Assembly: GCA_963711565.1 (NCBI GenBank)
Contig: CAVQEQ010000004.1
Span: forward strand, 1,472,001 to 1,536,000
Direction of reading: 5' to 3'
Length of the DNA stretch: 64,000 nt
Origin: an uncultured delta proteobacterium
Lineage (GTDB): Bacteria; Desulfobacterota; Binatia; Binatales; Binataceae
Shown here: positions 10,345-20,590 of the stretch, piece by piece
Numbering within the stretch: position 1 is the stretch's first letter
Layout: the number at the start of each line of letters is the position of its first letter
The notes under the pieces: generated by a model
Told to the model about the DNA's origin: nothing
What the model saw: the letters and a program-made list of their open reading frames with translations, nothing else
The model's database searches: none
Program-made: the position numbers and the translations under genes

Positions 10345-10604
10345 TAACCTCTCCTTGTCCGAGGAGAGGTCGGCGAAAGCCACGCGAAGCGCGGTGTCGC
10401 CGGGTGAGGTGCAACGCCTGACATCGCACTCACCCCAACTCGTCTAACCGAATTTGTTAGGCACTCAGGCCATCGCAAGACAGCAGCGCCACTTTCAGAC
10501 TTGGTGCAACAAGCAAACGAGCTGTTCTGCTGTGGCTAGCGTTGCACCTCGCCCGTCGCTCACCTTCGGCTCGCGCCGACCTCTCTTCGGACAAGGAGAG
10601 GTTA
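10345..10604. repeat. ~260-bp element with long terminal inverted repeats (MITE/REPIN-like), copy 1
   Basis: Ends TAACCTCTCCTTGTCCGAGGAGAGGTCGGCG ... CGCCGACCTCTCTTCGGACAAGGAGAGGTTA; homologous copy at 20242-20495. Confidence 0.85.
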
Positions 10605-10666
10605 ATATCCGCGAAGCCCAACATCACCTTCTTAGTACTGGGTGTAGGGGGGTCATATCACCCTTG

Positions 10667-11371
10667 CTACTCCTTACACTCGTTCCAGGCCTGCGAAGGC
10701 GCGTTGTCATAGTTGAACTTCACGCACGCCACCGACGCGCACGCATTGACCAAATCCACGGTCGGCGGCACGTTCGCATTCTTCATCAGCCACAGATTCA
10801 ACTCGCTCACCATCTGCGGGCCGAGCCCATTCAGCTCCGGCACAACTATTATGTAGAGCGCATCCTCTTGGCGCCGCGCCGTTGACCATGTCCCCGGATG
10901 TGCAATCGAGGGGAATGCCTGCATCCTGCGATGGGTCTTCGGACCCTCGACGACCTTCCAGTTGCCGGCAATCTCAACCGCCAGATGGCGCGGGAACTCC
11001 TCAATCAAGTCGCCGACATCGGTATCTCGCGGCGGCTCGACGCCAACCGCACACGCACGAACCTCGCCCCAGTAGCGATCGATCGCAAGCGCAGCCGCGT
11101 TCCTCGAGGCCTCGGTCTTATACTGTCCGTTAGTCTTAACCCGAATCCCCGTCGCCGTGACGAGATCAGCCGCGAACTCGGAAGACGACAACTCAAGCGG
11201 TCGCGCCTGTACTTCAGCAGGCGTGCCAGTGTTACCAGAATACGAAGTCGATTGCGTCGGACACGCGATTAAAGTGCTCGCGACCACAATCGCCAACACC
11301 GCCATCAACGCGCGCCCAATCGCCGCGCGAGCAACCCCACCCCACCCCACCACCAATTGTGCGACCCGCAT
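10667..11371 (-). CDS. Hypothetical lipoprotein
   Basis: Hydrophobic segment then LIA-C lipobox; ATG just after the restored CoA-transferase stop. Confidence 0.65.
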   Translation of the reverse strand: MRVAQLVVGWGGVARAAIGRALMAVLAIVVASTLIACPTQSTSYSGNTGTPAEVQARPLELSSSEFAADLVTATGIRVKTNGQYKTEASRNAAALAIDRYWGEVRACAVGVEPPRDTDVGDLIEEFPRHLAVEIAGNWKVVEGPKTHRRMQAFPSIAHPGTWSTARRQEDALYIIVVPELNGLGPQMVSELNLWLMKNANVPPTVDLVNACASVACVKFNYDNAPSQAWNECKE

Positions 11372-11375
11372 CCGC

Positions 11376-12561
11376 TCAGACGACTCCCTCGCGCTTGAGG
11401 CGCTCGAGCTCATCCGCACCGATTCCGATCGATACGAGCACTTCGGCGGTATGCTCGCCAAGTTCGGGTGGACGTTCTCATCGGCCTGTCGCTATCGGAC
11501 GCCGCGGACATCTTGATAGGAGTGCCGGCGACACGGATCTTGCCGCGGGTTGGATAGTCGCTGTCAATCAGCATCCGGCGTTGCGCGGTTTCAGGATCGG
11601 CTATCACTTCTTCGACCGTCCGCACTGGCGCGCATGGAATTCCCGCCTCGATCAGTCCTTCGACCATCGCGTCACGCGGCTGCGCGATTGTCCATTCGGC
11701 GACGAGCGCGTCCAGTTCGTCGGCGATCTTCAGCCGCGCACCGTGATTCTTGCATCGAGGATCGGCAATCAGATCTTCGCGGCCCATCAATTTCGCCAGC
11801 GTGCGCCAATGCGCTTCCGTCAGGCAGAAGATCAGTATCTCGCCGTCGCTCGCGGGATAGATGTTGGTCGGGCATGCGCCCCAATGACGATTTCCCAACC
11901 GCTTGAACTTCATCCCCTGCAGCGCGGGCGCAACCGCGCTGGTCAATGCGGGAATCGCCACGTCGAGCATGGCGACCTCGACATGCTGTCCTTTGCCCGT
12001 CTTCCCCCGATGTATCAACGCCGCCAAAATTCCGCTCACCATGTGACTGCCGGTCCCCATGTCGATAAACGTCGCCGAAGTTTTCACCGGACGGTCGGGG
12101 AATCCCGTGATACTGATGAACCCCGACGACGCCTGGATCGTGTTGTCCATCGAGCCGAGCTTCGCGTACCGGCTGTCAGAGCCGTAGCCCTTGCCCGACG
12201 CGTAAATCAGCCGCGGAAACCGCGCGGCGATCTGATCGTAGCCGAGCCCGAACGACTCCATCACGCCGTCAAGATAGTTCTCGACCATCACGTCGGCGTC
12301 CTCGAGCAGCTTGAGCACGATCTCCTGCCCGCGCCGATCTTTCAGGTTGATCGTGACGGAGCGCTTGTTCGCGTTGAGCATCAGGAACGAGTATCCGGCG
12401 CCGCCCGGCGGCAATTCCGGCCGCCGCAGAACTTCCCCTGTTATTGGCGGCTCGATCTTGACTATATCGGCGCCCATCGCCGCCAGTTGCAGCGTACAGT
12501 ACGGGGCCGCGTAAACCTGTCCGAGATCGATCACGCGGATTCCATCGAGCGGCAAACTCAT
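11376..12561 (-). CDS. CaiB/BaiF family CoA transferase, +1 frameshift near the 3' end (~11475)
   Basis: PLDGIRVIDL, GADIVKIEPP, NKRSVTINLK, DVMVENY; canonical C-terminus RPPELGEHTAEVL..ELERLKREGVV* lies in another frame. Confidence 0.88.
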
Positions 12562-12571
12562 CGTCGAATCC

Positions 12572-13735
12572 TCATCGCAATAGCGAGCGTGCGATCACCA
12601 TCCGATGCACTTCGCTGGGGCCTTCGCCTATTCGCCGGATGCGCGCCTCGCGATACCATCGCTCGATTGGAAACTCCTTGCTGACTCCGTAGCCGCCGTG
12701 AATCTGCACCGCGCGATCGATCACGCGGCCGAGCACCTCGCTCGAATAGAGTTTCGCGATCGACGCCTCGGTGCGGAAGTCCTCGCCGCGGTCGGCCTTC
12801 CACGCGCCTTCCCACGTCAGCCATCGCGCCGCGCGCAGCTCGACCTCCGAGTCCGCGAGCATCCACTGTATCGCCTGCCGCTTCGACAGCAGCTCGCCGA
12901 ACGTGCTGCGCTGCTTGGCGTGATCGATCGCCATCCTGAGCGCCGCCACTCCCACTCCAACATTGCACGCCGAGTACGGAAAACGCAGCCGCGTCAGTAG
13001 ATCAAGGCACAAGTTCAACCCCTCGCCCTCGGGTCCCAGCCGCTGCTCGACCGGCACGACGCAATCCTCGAAGTGAACTTCATTCGGCAGCGCCGACGTG
13101 CGCAGCGTCCGAAACGGCCGCGCCGTGAATCCCGGCGTGCCCTTCTTGATTATGAAGCACGTGATGCCCTTGCGGCCGGCCTTGGCGTCAGTGCGGGTGA
13201 AGACGACGCCCCACTCCGCTTCATGGGCATGCGAAATGAAAATCTTCGTGCCGTTGAGGACGTAGGTATCGCCCTGCCGAACCGCCTTGCACTGAATCGC
13301 GCCGGCCGGATCGGAGCCGCCCGACGGCTCAGTGATCGCAAAAAACGTATGCCACGCATTCTTGATCGTGCCGCCGGCGTAGCTGCGCTTCTGCTCCTCG
13401 CTGCCCGCGTAAATCACCGGCGGCGGCGTGCGTCCAAAGACGCCGCAGCCGGGGTTGTAGAGGCCCATGCGATGCTGCGCCATCTCCTCGGTCAGCACGC
13501 ACATGTCGAACGTGCCGAGGCCGCCGCCGCCGTACTCGCGCGGCGCACCCATGCACCACAAGCCGGCCGCTTGATTCTTTTTCGCGAGGCGCCAGTAATC
13601 GTCCTCAGGAATCTCAGCCGCGTCAGGATCGCATTTCGCTTCGATCGGGATAATCTCCTCGCGGATTATTCTTCCCACCTGATCGCGCAGCGCTCGCAGC
13701 TCCGGCGACAGCGCAAATCCATTGTCAGCGTCCAT
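12572..13735 (-). CDS. Acyl-CoA dehydrogenase
   Basis: FAITEPSGGSD, LNGTKIFIS, RSTFGELLSKRQAIQW, QIHGGYG, RIGEGPSEV. Confidence 0.93.
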   Translation of the reverse strand: MDADNGFALSPELRALRDQVGRIIREEIIPIEAKCDPDAAEIPEDDYWRLAKKNQAAGLWCMGAPREYGGGGLGTFDMCVLTEEMAQHRMGLYNPGCGVFGRTPPPVIYAGSEEQKRSYAGGTIKNAWHTFFAITEPSGGSDPAGAIQCKAVRQGDTYVLNGTKIFISHAHEAEWGVVFTRTDAKAGRKGITCFIIKKGTPGFTARPFRTLRTSALPNEVHFEDCVVPVEQRLGPEGEGLNLCLDLLTRLRFPYSACNVGVGVAALRMAIDHAKQRSTFGELLSKRQAIQWMLADSEVELRAARWLTWEGAWKADRGEDFRTEASIAKLYSSEVLGRVIDRAVQIHGGYGVSKEFPIERWYREARIRRIGEGPSEVHRMVIARSLLR

Positions 13736-15606
13736 CAGAAAAGTTCCTCCGCCGGTTTCCCGTCTCCATCGAGTCCGCGCTGCAATCCGCGGATCCACAT
13801 CGCGCGGATCCATTCGAGGTCATAGGCGCCCCACGTCCCTTTGATTTCGGCGTCGATGCTGCGGATGTGCGCGATGGCGTCCGTGACTTTCGTGATCGCG
13901 GCCGCGCCCCAAGCCTGGCGATGGATGCCCGTCTGCTGGATCGCGCCCAGGTAGTCGGACATCCCCGCAAGCACGTCGCTGCTGTAGCGCCAGAGCTCCT
14001 TCTCGGCATCCGCGAGGCGAGTGTCCGCGCTCGACGCGATTTGGTCGGCCGCCGCAATCGCCTCGTTGAACGTCAACGCCGCTTCGCGAAGCTCGATGCG
14101 TTTGCGCGCAGCTTTTTCAGCCGAAGCGATCGGTCGTATCACGTCGGCATAGTCGAGGCACAGCTTCGACGCGCGCTCGACGGCGCGATAAGCCGCGGCC
14201 ATTTCGGTAGCACATCGCGGATGCCTGCCGGCCGCCGTTTCGGCTAGAGTCGCGCCAGGATCAAAATTGGGATCCTGCGATCCGCGAACGAATGCCTCGA
14301 GGTTCACCGGGTAGGCCATCACGCTGTACGCGCCAAACGTCAGGCACGAGATGCTCGTGATGCCCAGCCGCCGGTAAGCGCGGAGGTCAGAGGCAATGAC
14401 AGCCGGCGTCGCGAAACCCAGGCCGCCGAACAGGATCGCGTCGGCGTAGTATTCGAAGATGTGACCGCGCCCCTTGAATATGTCGATGTAGCGCTTCAGC
14501 GATTCGAGATAGCGCGGATTGATCTCGCACGCACTGTCGTCGATCGCATGGCTGTAGCATCTCTCCCGCGGCGCCCATTCGAACCAAACGTTGTCGAGCG
14601 GCTTAAGCCCGGGATGCGGCTCGATCGTGTCGTGATAGGCGAGATAGGCGATCGGCGGCGCCTTCGGGTCGGCGGCGAGCGCGCCGGCAATTGCGTTGAC
14701 GACATCCATATATTGAAGTTGCGGCGGGAGATCGCGACATTGACCGCATCGGCACCACGCGCCACGCCATACGTCGGCGCCCCAGATGTGCAGCAAGCCG
14801 TTCTCGGGATGGTCGTGAACGTAGGCGAGCGCGCCAGCGCGAACGAGAGCGACGGCGTCGGGATTGGAGACGCAGAGATTGCCGCGCGGCGCCCGAACAC
14901 CGTCGTCGCCGGCGGGGAAATACTCCGGATGCTCGCCGAAGCGATCGCGCGGCAGCAGGAGTTGCAGGACGTGGCCGCCGTATTCGACGCCTATCCCGTG
15001 CTCGCGCAAGATCGGCGCGACCTCATCGATCTTGAGCCGCGTGTCGTGCGCGTGGCGGATGTACGAAAAAGCGTTGATGCCGCGCCGCGCCATCCACGGA
15101 ATAAATTCGCGGTCGTGACGCAGGTGCAAATCTAGCCGGTCTGGAAAATTGTAGTTCCAGGTCATGATGTCGGAGACAAATGCGCGGCGCTTGAACGCGG
15201 GCGTCACGCGCCATGGTTCGATCGCGGCGAGGCGACTCGAATCGATTCGCGGATACAATGGCGGCACACCGGGCAGAAACTGCGCGCCAAGTTTTTCGAG
15301 CAGATTCGACGCCGCGTGGATTAATCCGCGCTCCGTCCCGGCGCGAATCGTGATCGAGCCGCCGTCGTGCGAGACATCGAAGCTGTCGCCTTCGAGAGTG
15401 ATTGGCGACGGTGATGCCGAACCGGCCGGCTGGGACAGGTCGATTTTGATTTCGGCCGCGGTTAGTGACGCGTCGGGAGACGCATCAACTTGAATGCCGA
15501 GCATCGCGCCGAGTCCCGCCGACAGCTCTTGCGCGGCGAGCTTTGCGACTTCTCCTGCGATCGCGCTGAAGCGGATGTGGGGCGCGGCGACGCCTGCTTG
15601 ACTCAT
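13735..15606 (-). CDS. DUF4838-like / glycoside hydrolase-like TIM-barrel protein
   Basis: GH20/GH67-like N-terminal domain, HPEYF..GNLCVSNP, YLAYHDT, FEYY motifs; TGATG overlap with the next gene. Confidence 0.7.
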   Translation of the reverse strand: MSQAGVAAPHIRFSAIAGEVAKLAAQELSAGLGAMLGIQVDASPDASLTAAEIKIDLSQPAGSASPSPITLEGDSFDVSHDGGSITIRAGTERGLIHAASNLLEKLGAQFLPGVPPLYPRIDSSRLAAIEPWRVTPAFKRRAFVSDIMTWNYNFPDRLDLHLRHDREFIPWMARRGINAFSYIRHAHDTRLKIDEVAPILREHGIGVEYGGHVLQLLLPRDRFGEHPEYFPAGDDGVRAPRGNLCVSNPDAVALVRAGALAYVHDHPENGLLHIWGADVWRGAWCRCGQCRDLPPQLQYMDVVNAIAGALAADPKAPPIAYLAYHDTIEPHPGLKPLDNVWFEWAPRERCYSHAIDDSACEINPRYLESLKRYIDIFKGRGHIFEYYADAILFGGLGFATPAVIASDLRAYRRLGITSISCLTFGAYSVMAYPVNLEAFVRGSQDPNFDPGATLAETAAGRHPRCATEMAAAYRAVERASKLCLDYADVIRPIASAEKAARKRIELREAALTFNEAIAAADQIASSADTRLADAEKELWRYSSDVLAGMSDYLGAIQQTGIHRQAWGAAAITKVTDAIAHIRSIDAEIKGTWGAYDLEWIRAMWIRGLQRGLDGDGKPAEELF

Positions 15607-15705
15607 TCTATAGGACTCCCGATGCGTTCGGCCCGTCGTCTTTCCGGCGGTGGCGAAATGATAACATGGCGGTCCCGCATTGGTAGCGACGCGGTCGTCC
15701 CGCTA

Positions 15706-16386
15706 TCAAACTCGGCGGAGTCTTTTTGCCGATGTACTCTTCAGACCACGACGGACGCGAGATGCTCGCAGACGGGCAGGCTTCGCCGTGCCGCATCCTT
15801 CCAGCAAGACATCCATCGCATTCATAAAACGCTCTTCAAGAGAATCGGACCTGTTTTTCCACCATCCGCTGACCCAGTTGCCGGCAATCAGCACGAGCAT
15901 CCCTTCCATCATTTCCGCGAGATGCAACGGCTTCTGATCGGCGCGAATCTCCCCGCGCTTCTGGCCTTCGGCGAAAAGTCGTTCGTACTGCTCGTAGAGC
16001 TGAAGAGATCTGTCGCGCAAAACGCCCTTAGCATCGGTCATCATCCTCGACTGCTTTGCAACCAGAGCATGAAACTTCGGATCTGAATCCCACAACGTCG
16101 CCCATTGGCGAATCACGCTGCGAATCCGGTCGGGCACACTACAATCCCGGCGTTCGAGTTCGCGCTTCACCGACGCGATTGAGTACTCGAGCATCTCCAC
16201 CGCGAACGCCATTATCAGCGCGTCCTTGGTGGAAAAGTAGTTGAAGAAGGTGACCTCGCTGATGCGCAGCCGTTCGACGATGTCGCGGACGCGGGTCTGT
16301 TCGTAACCTTTTTTCCGAAACAGCGCGGCCGCCGTATTCAGAATCGCGCGGCGCTGCTCGGCCTTCTTCTCCTCGCGCAAACCCAT
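15706..16386 (-). CDS. TetR/AcrR family transcriptional regulator
   Basis: GLREEKK..RRAIL..A..LF..KGY..T.V.DI...TFFNYF.TKD HTH. Confidence 0.92.
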   Translation of the reverse strand: MGLREEKKAEQRRAILNTAAALFRKKGYEQTRVRDIVERLRISEVTFFNYFSTKDALIMAFAVEMLEYSIASVKRELERRDCSVPDRIRSVIRQWATLWDSDPKFHALVAKQSRMMTDAKGVLRDRSLQLYEQYERLFAEGQKRGEIRADQKPLHLAEMMEGMLVLIAGNWVSGWWKNRSDSLEERFMNAMDVLLEGCGTAKPARLRASRVRRGLKSTSAKRLRRV

Positions 16387-16535
16387 CGGCCCGATCAATT
16401 ACACATCGAGCGTCGCGAAGGGAAACTCGGACTGCGACGCGGCTCTCGTCGACGGCACGGCGGCGCAGCGATCTCGCTGCGTTGACTTTGGTTCACCATA
16501 TATATTTAGTCTACCTCATTATTATGCAAGAGTCG

Positions 16536-18314
16536 ATGAAACAGTCCAATCAAGTTGCAGCCCGCATCAGGACGGCGCTCGCGCACCGCCGACTGCCGCT
16601 GGCAGTCGCCATCCTGTCGGCCGTCGCGATGTTGCCGGCGCTGACCGGCGGATGGCAGTTCGACGATTATTTTCACCGCGTCACCATGCTCGGTTACGGC
16701 GATTCAAAACCGATTCAGGTCTTCGTCCAATACAGCGACCGCGCGCACAACCTGAGCCAGATCGATTACGGCACGATGCCGTGGTGGGGGTCTATGGACC
16801 TGCATCAGACGTTTCTGCGCTATGCGAGCACGCTTACCATGATGCTCGATTACCGCCTCTGGCCAAACCATCCCAATCTGATGCACCTGCACAGTCTGCT
16901 GTGGCTGGCAGCGGCGGTCTTCGTGGCCGCGCTTCTGTATCGAGAAGTGCTCGGTGGCAACTGGGTGGCCGGACTGGCGGCTCTGATGTATGCGCTGGAC
17001 GGCGCGCATGCGGTCCCTGCCGCCTATCTGGCCAACCGCAACGCCTTGATTGCCTGCTGCTTCGGCTTCCTGAGCGTGCTGGCGTTCGTTCGCTGGCGAA
17101 AGTACGGGCACGGGCGAAGTCGGTGGCTCAGCGTATTGATGCTGGCGCTGTCGCTATCCGCCGGCGAAATGGGCCTGGCTACCGCCGCCTACCTGTTTTC
17201 CTACGCGCTGACCGTCGACCGCGACTCGATTCAAGCCGGGCTCATGCGGCTCCTGCCTCACGGCGGAGTCCTGGCGGCATGGGCATTGATCTACAAGCTT
17301 GGCAATTTCGGTTCGCAAGGCTCCGGCTTTTACCTGGACCCGCTTCACGATCCGCTTGGCTTCGCCGGTTCGTTCTGCCGGCGGGCTGCATTTCTGCTGA
17401 TGGGACAGTGGTCGCCACTCCCTGCGGAACTGAGCATGGCCAACGCGCCCGGCACCTCGGCGTTCCTGCATATCAGCATCTTTAGCTTCGCGATCGCTGC
17501 AATCGTCGCGGCTCTCTTTCTCCCTTTGATCCTGCGCGACCGGATAGCGCGGTTCTGGGGGCTCGGCGCGCTGCTTTCGTTGATTCCGATTGCCGCCGTT
17601 GGTCCCGAGAATCGCCTGTTGGGTTTCGTCGGCCTGGGTTCGATGGCGCTTCTCGCTCAACTGACGCAGTTCCTGTTTGCACCCTCTTCCGCCGCGTCGC
17701 TACCCCGCCTCTGGAGGGGACTTGCGTGGGCGGCAACTCTGCTCCTCCTGCTACTTCATTTGATCGCCGCTCCGTTTCTCGGGATCGCCCGAATCGATTA
17801 CCAGGCTACCGTCAGCTCCAGGATGGAGCGTGCGATGGCAAGTGTTCCGAGCGATGCGCGAATCGCATCGCAGGATCTGCTGCTGATTAACCCACCCGAC
17901 CACATCTACCTCGTCACCGCGATTTGGGCAGTGCACCGGCTGGAGAAGCTGCCGATGCCGCGCCACATGCGTGCGCTCTCCTCGGGAGGCGAACTGGAGG
18001 TCACGCGCGTCGGGCCTCGCTCGCTGCAAGTACGTTTTCCCGATGGATTTTTTCCGACGGCATTCAGTCGTTTCTTTAACAGTCAAAACGATCGTTTTTC
18101 GCCGGGGCAGCACCTCGAACTGCCGGGCCTGTCTATCACGGTCGAGGCGCTGGACGCGCGAGGCGACCCCGCGCAGGTGCTGTACGAGTTCCCGTTACCG
18201 CTCGAATATTCATCGTTGCGCTGGATGCGCTGGCAAGACGGCGTATATGTCCCCTGGAGCCCGCCTGCACTCGGCCAAACGGAGAAGCTGCCTGCAGTGC
18301 GCGGAATTTATTAG
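16536..18314 (+). CDS. Polytopic membrane protein, GT-C (PMT/TMTC-like) glycosyltransferase candidate
   Basis: Many transmembrane segments; FDDY acidic motif after TM1, H.HSLLW, YLANRN; divergent from TetR. Confidence 0.6.
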   Translation: MKQSNQVAARIRTALAHRRLPLAVAILSAVAMLPALTGGWQFDDYFHRVTMLGYGDSKPIQVFVQYSDRAHNLSQIDYGTMPWWGSMDLHQTFLRYASTLTMMLDYRLWPNHPNLMHLHSLLWLAAAVFVAALLYREVLGGNWVAGLAALMYALDGAHAVPAAYLANRNALIACCFGFLSVLAFVRWRKYGHGRSRWLSVLMLALSLSAGEMGLATAAYLFSYALTVDRDSIQAGLMRLLPHGGVLAAWALIYKLGNFGSQGSGFYLDPLHDPLGFAGSFCRRAAFLLMGQWSPLPAELSMANAPGTSAFLHISIFSFAIAAIVAALFLPLILRDRIARFWGLGALLSLIPIAAVGPENRLLGFVGLGSMALLAQLTQFLFAPSSAASLPRLWRGLAWAATLLLLLLHLIAAPFLGIARIDYQATVSSRMERAMASVPSDARIASQDLLLINPPDHIYLVTAIWAVHRLEKLPMPRHMRALSSGGELEVTRVGPRSLQVRFPDGFFPTAFSRFFNSQNDRFSPGQHLELPGLSITVEALDARGDPAQVLYEFPLPLEYSSLRWMRWQDGVYVPWSPPALGQTEKLPAVRGIY

Positions 18315-18395
18315 CCAGCTCGCGCCTTCGACCCGTCGTTTTTCCGCGGGTTCGGGAATGATAACATCAGCGTCGCGCTTTGGTAGCGCAGCCGC

Positions 18396-19463
18396 ATGCC
18401 GACTCCAAATGAAATCCTCGCCGAACTCAAGAAAGTAAAATACCCTGGCTTCACCCGCGACATCGTGTCGTTCGGCATCATCAAGGATATCGAAGTCGCG
18501 TACGCGGGCGTGACCGTATCGCTCACGATGGCGTCGGCGAAACCCGAGGTCGTCGAGAAAATTGTCGCCGAGGTGAAAGCGGTGGTTGCGGCGATGCCCG
18601 GCGTGCCCGCCGTCAACGTCCAGATCGAGCAGCCCGCGCCGACTGCGCCGCGCGCCGCGGCCGGGATGGCACAGCCGAAGAATATTGCCGGCGTCAAGCA
18701 TATCGTCGCGGTTGCCAGCGGCAAGGGCGGCGTCGGCAAATCTACCGTCGCGGTGAATCTTGCGCTCGCGATGCATGCGCTCGGTTGGCGCGTCGGCCTG
18801 ATGGACGCCGATGTGTACGGCCCGAGCGTCGCGATGATGGTCGGCGTCGAGAAGGCGCCAACGCTGACGCCCGAGCGCCGAATCATCCCGCTCGAGCGCT
18901 ACGGCATCCGCTACATCTCGATGGCGCTATTCATCAACGACGAGACCGCCGTTATCTGGCGCGGGCCGATGGTCACCAAGCTCGAGACGGAATTTCTCTT
19001 CAACGTCGAGTGGGGCGAGCTCGATTGCCTGGTGCTCGACTTGCCGCCCGGCACCGGCGACGCGCAACTGACCATCACTCAGCGCGTCGCGCTCGACGGC
19101 GGCGTTATCGTGACGACGCCGCAGGAGATCGCGCTGCTCGACGTCAAGCGCGGCGTCGCGATGTTCGAGGAAGTTCACGTCCCCGTGCTCGGCGTCGTCG
19201 AGAACATGAGCTACTACCTTTGCCGCAAGTGTAACCATCGCCACGAAATCTTCGCGCACGGCGGCGGCGCGCGTCTGGCCGAATCGCTCCACGTGCCGTT
19301 CCTCGGCGAGCTGCCGCTGGTGCGCGAACTGCGCGAAGGCGGCGACAATGCAAGCCCGATCGTCGCGGCCAACCCGGCGCATCCGGTCAGTGCGGCGTTC
19401 AAGTCGATTGCGTCGAAAGTGATCGAAGGCCTCGATCGACCCGAAGCGCAGCACGCCTCATAG
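18396..19463 (+). CDS. mrp: Mrp/ApbC Fe-S cluster carrier ATPase
   Basis: VASGKGGVGKST, DADVYGPS, WRGPM, DLPPGTGD, VENMS..C..C. Confidence 0.95.
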   Translation: MPTPNEILAELKKVKYPGFTRDIVSFGIIKDIEVAYAGVTVSLTMASAKPEVVEKIVAEVKAVVAAMPGVPAVNVQIEQPAPTAPRAAAGMAQPKNIAGVKHIVAVASGKGGVGKSTVAVNLALAMHALGWRVGLMDADVYGPSVAMMVGVEKAPTLTPERRIIPLERYGIRYISMALFINDETAVIWRGPMVTKLETEFLFNVEWGELDCLVLDLPPGTGDAQLTITQRVALDGGVIVTTPQEIALLDVKRGVAMFEEVHVPVLGVVENMSYYLCRKCNHRHEIFAHGGGARLAESLHVPFLGELPLVRELREGGDNASPIVAANPAHPVSAAFKSIASKVIEGLDRPEAQHAS

Positions 19464-19466
19464 CGA

Positions 19467-20225
19467 ATGTCAGATCGCCCAAAGATTTCGCTGATCACGA
19501 TCACGCGCGACGAAGAAGCGCTGATCGGCGAGTGCCTCAAGAGCGCGTGGTTCTGCGACGAGAAAATAATCATCGACTCTTTCTCCACTGACAAGACGGT
19601 CGAGATTGCGCGCGGCCTCGGCGCCGACGTCGTCCAGCACGAGTTCACCAACTACGTGAAGCAGAAACAGATGGCGCTCGATCGCGCGACCAGCGACTGG
19701 GTCCTGTTGATGGATGCGGACGAGCAGGCGACGCACGACCTGGGCGAGGAAATTCTTCGCGCCGTGTCGTCATCTGTGGCAGACGGCTACCGCATTCGGC
19801 GCATCCTGTACCACCTCGGGCATTACTACTCGCACGCGATTTATCCCGACACTCCCGTGCGCCTGTTTCGGCGCGATCGCGGGCATATCGGCGGCCGCGA
19901 CCCGCATGACAAGGTCGTCGTCGACGGACGCGTCGAGCGTCTCGACAAGCCGATTCTGCATTTCAGCTACCGCGACATTTCCGATCACGTCGCGACGATC
20001 AACCGGTTCAGCTCGCGCGCCGCGATGGAGCAGGAGCCTAACGCGTTCACGCCCTTCAAGATGATCGCGAATCCGGCGTGGCGGTTTTTCAATTTCTACA
20101 TTATCCGCGGTGGCTTCCGCGACGGCGGCCGCGGCTTGTACGCCGCCATGACCGCCGCGTTCTACGTATTTCTCAAGTACGCCAAGCTCTACGAGCGCCG
20201 CCTGAAATCGCGCACCGGACTGTGA
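19467..20225 (+). CDS. Glycosyltransferase family 2 (LPS beta-1,4-glucosyltransferase-like)
   Basis: DSFSTDKT, WVLLMDADE, ILHFSY. Confidence 0.88.
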   Translation: MSDRPKISLITITRDEEALIGECLKSAWFCDEKIIIDSFSTDKTVEIARGLGADVVQHEFTNYVKQKQMALDRATSDWVLLMDADEQATHDLGEEILRAVSSSVADGYRIRRILYHLGHYYSHAIYPDTPVRLFRRDRGHIGGRDPHDKVVVDGRVERLDKPILHFSYRDISDHVATINRFSSRAAMEQEPNAFTPFKMIANPAWRFFNFYIIRGGFRDGGRGLYAAMTAAFYVFLKYAKLYERRLKSRTGL

Positions 20226-20241
20226 GCGCGGGCGGAGATCC

Positions 20242-20495
20242 TAACCTCTCCTTGTCCGAGGAGAGGTCGGCGAAAGCCGCGAAGCGGTGTCGCCGGGTGA
20301 GGTGCAACGCCCGACACCGCATTGATCCTAACTCGTCTAACCGCAATCGTTGGACACTCGGCCGCCGCCGGACAACAGCACGACTTTCAAACCTACTGCA
20401 ACGGGCAAACGCGCTCACTGCGACGGTCGGCGTTGCACCTCACCCGTCGCTCGCCTGCGGCTCGCGCGGACCTCTCCTCGGACAAGGAGAGGTTA
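20242..20495. repeat. ~255-bp long-TIR element, copy 2
   Basis: Same TIRs and diverged interior as 10345-10604. Confidence 0.85.
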
Positions 20496-20590
20496 CTGGT
20501 AGCGTCGGCGAAAGTGCACCCCGCCACTTGAAACTTCGCTCGTCAACCACTTCTATCGCGCCACAGACCTGATAATTTAACCGTCAGCCC

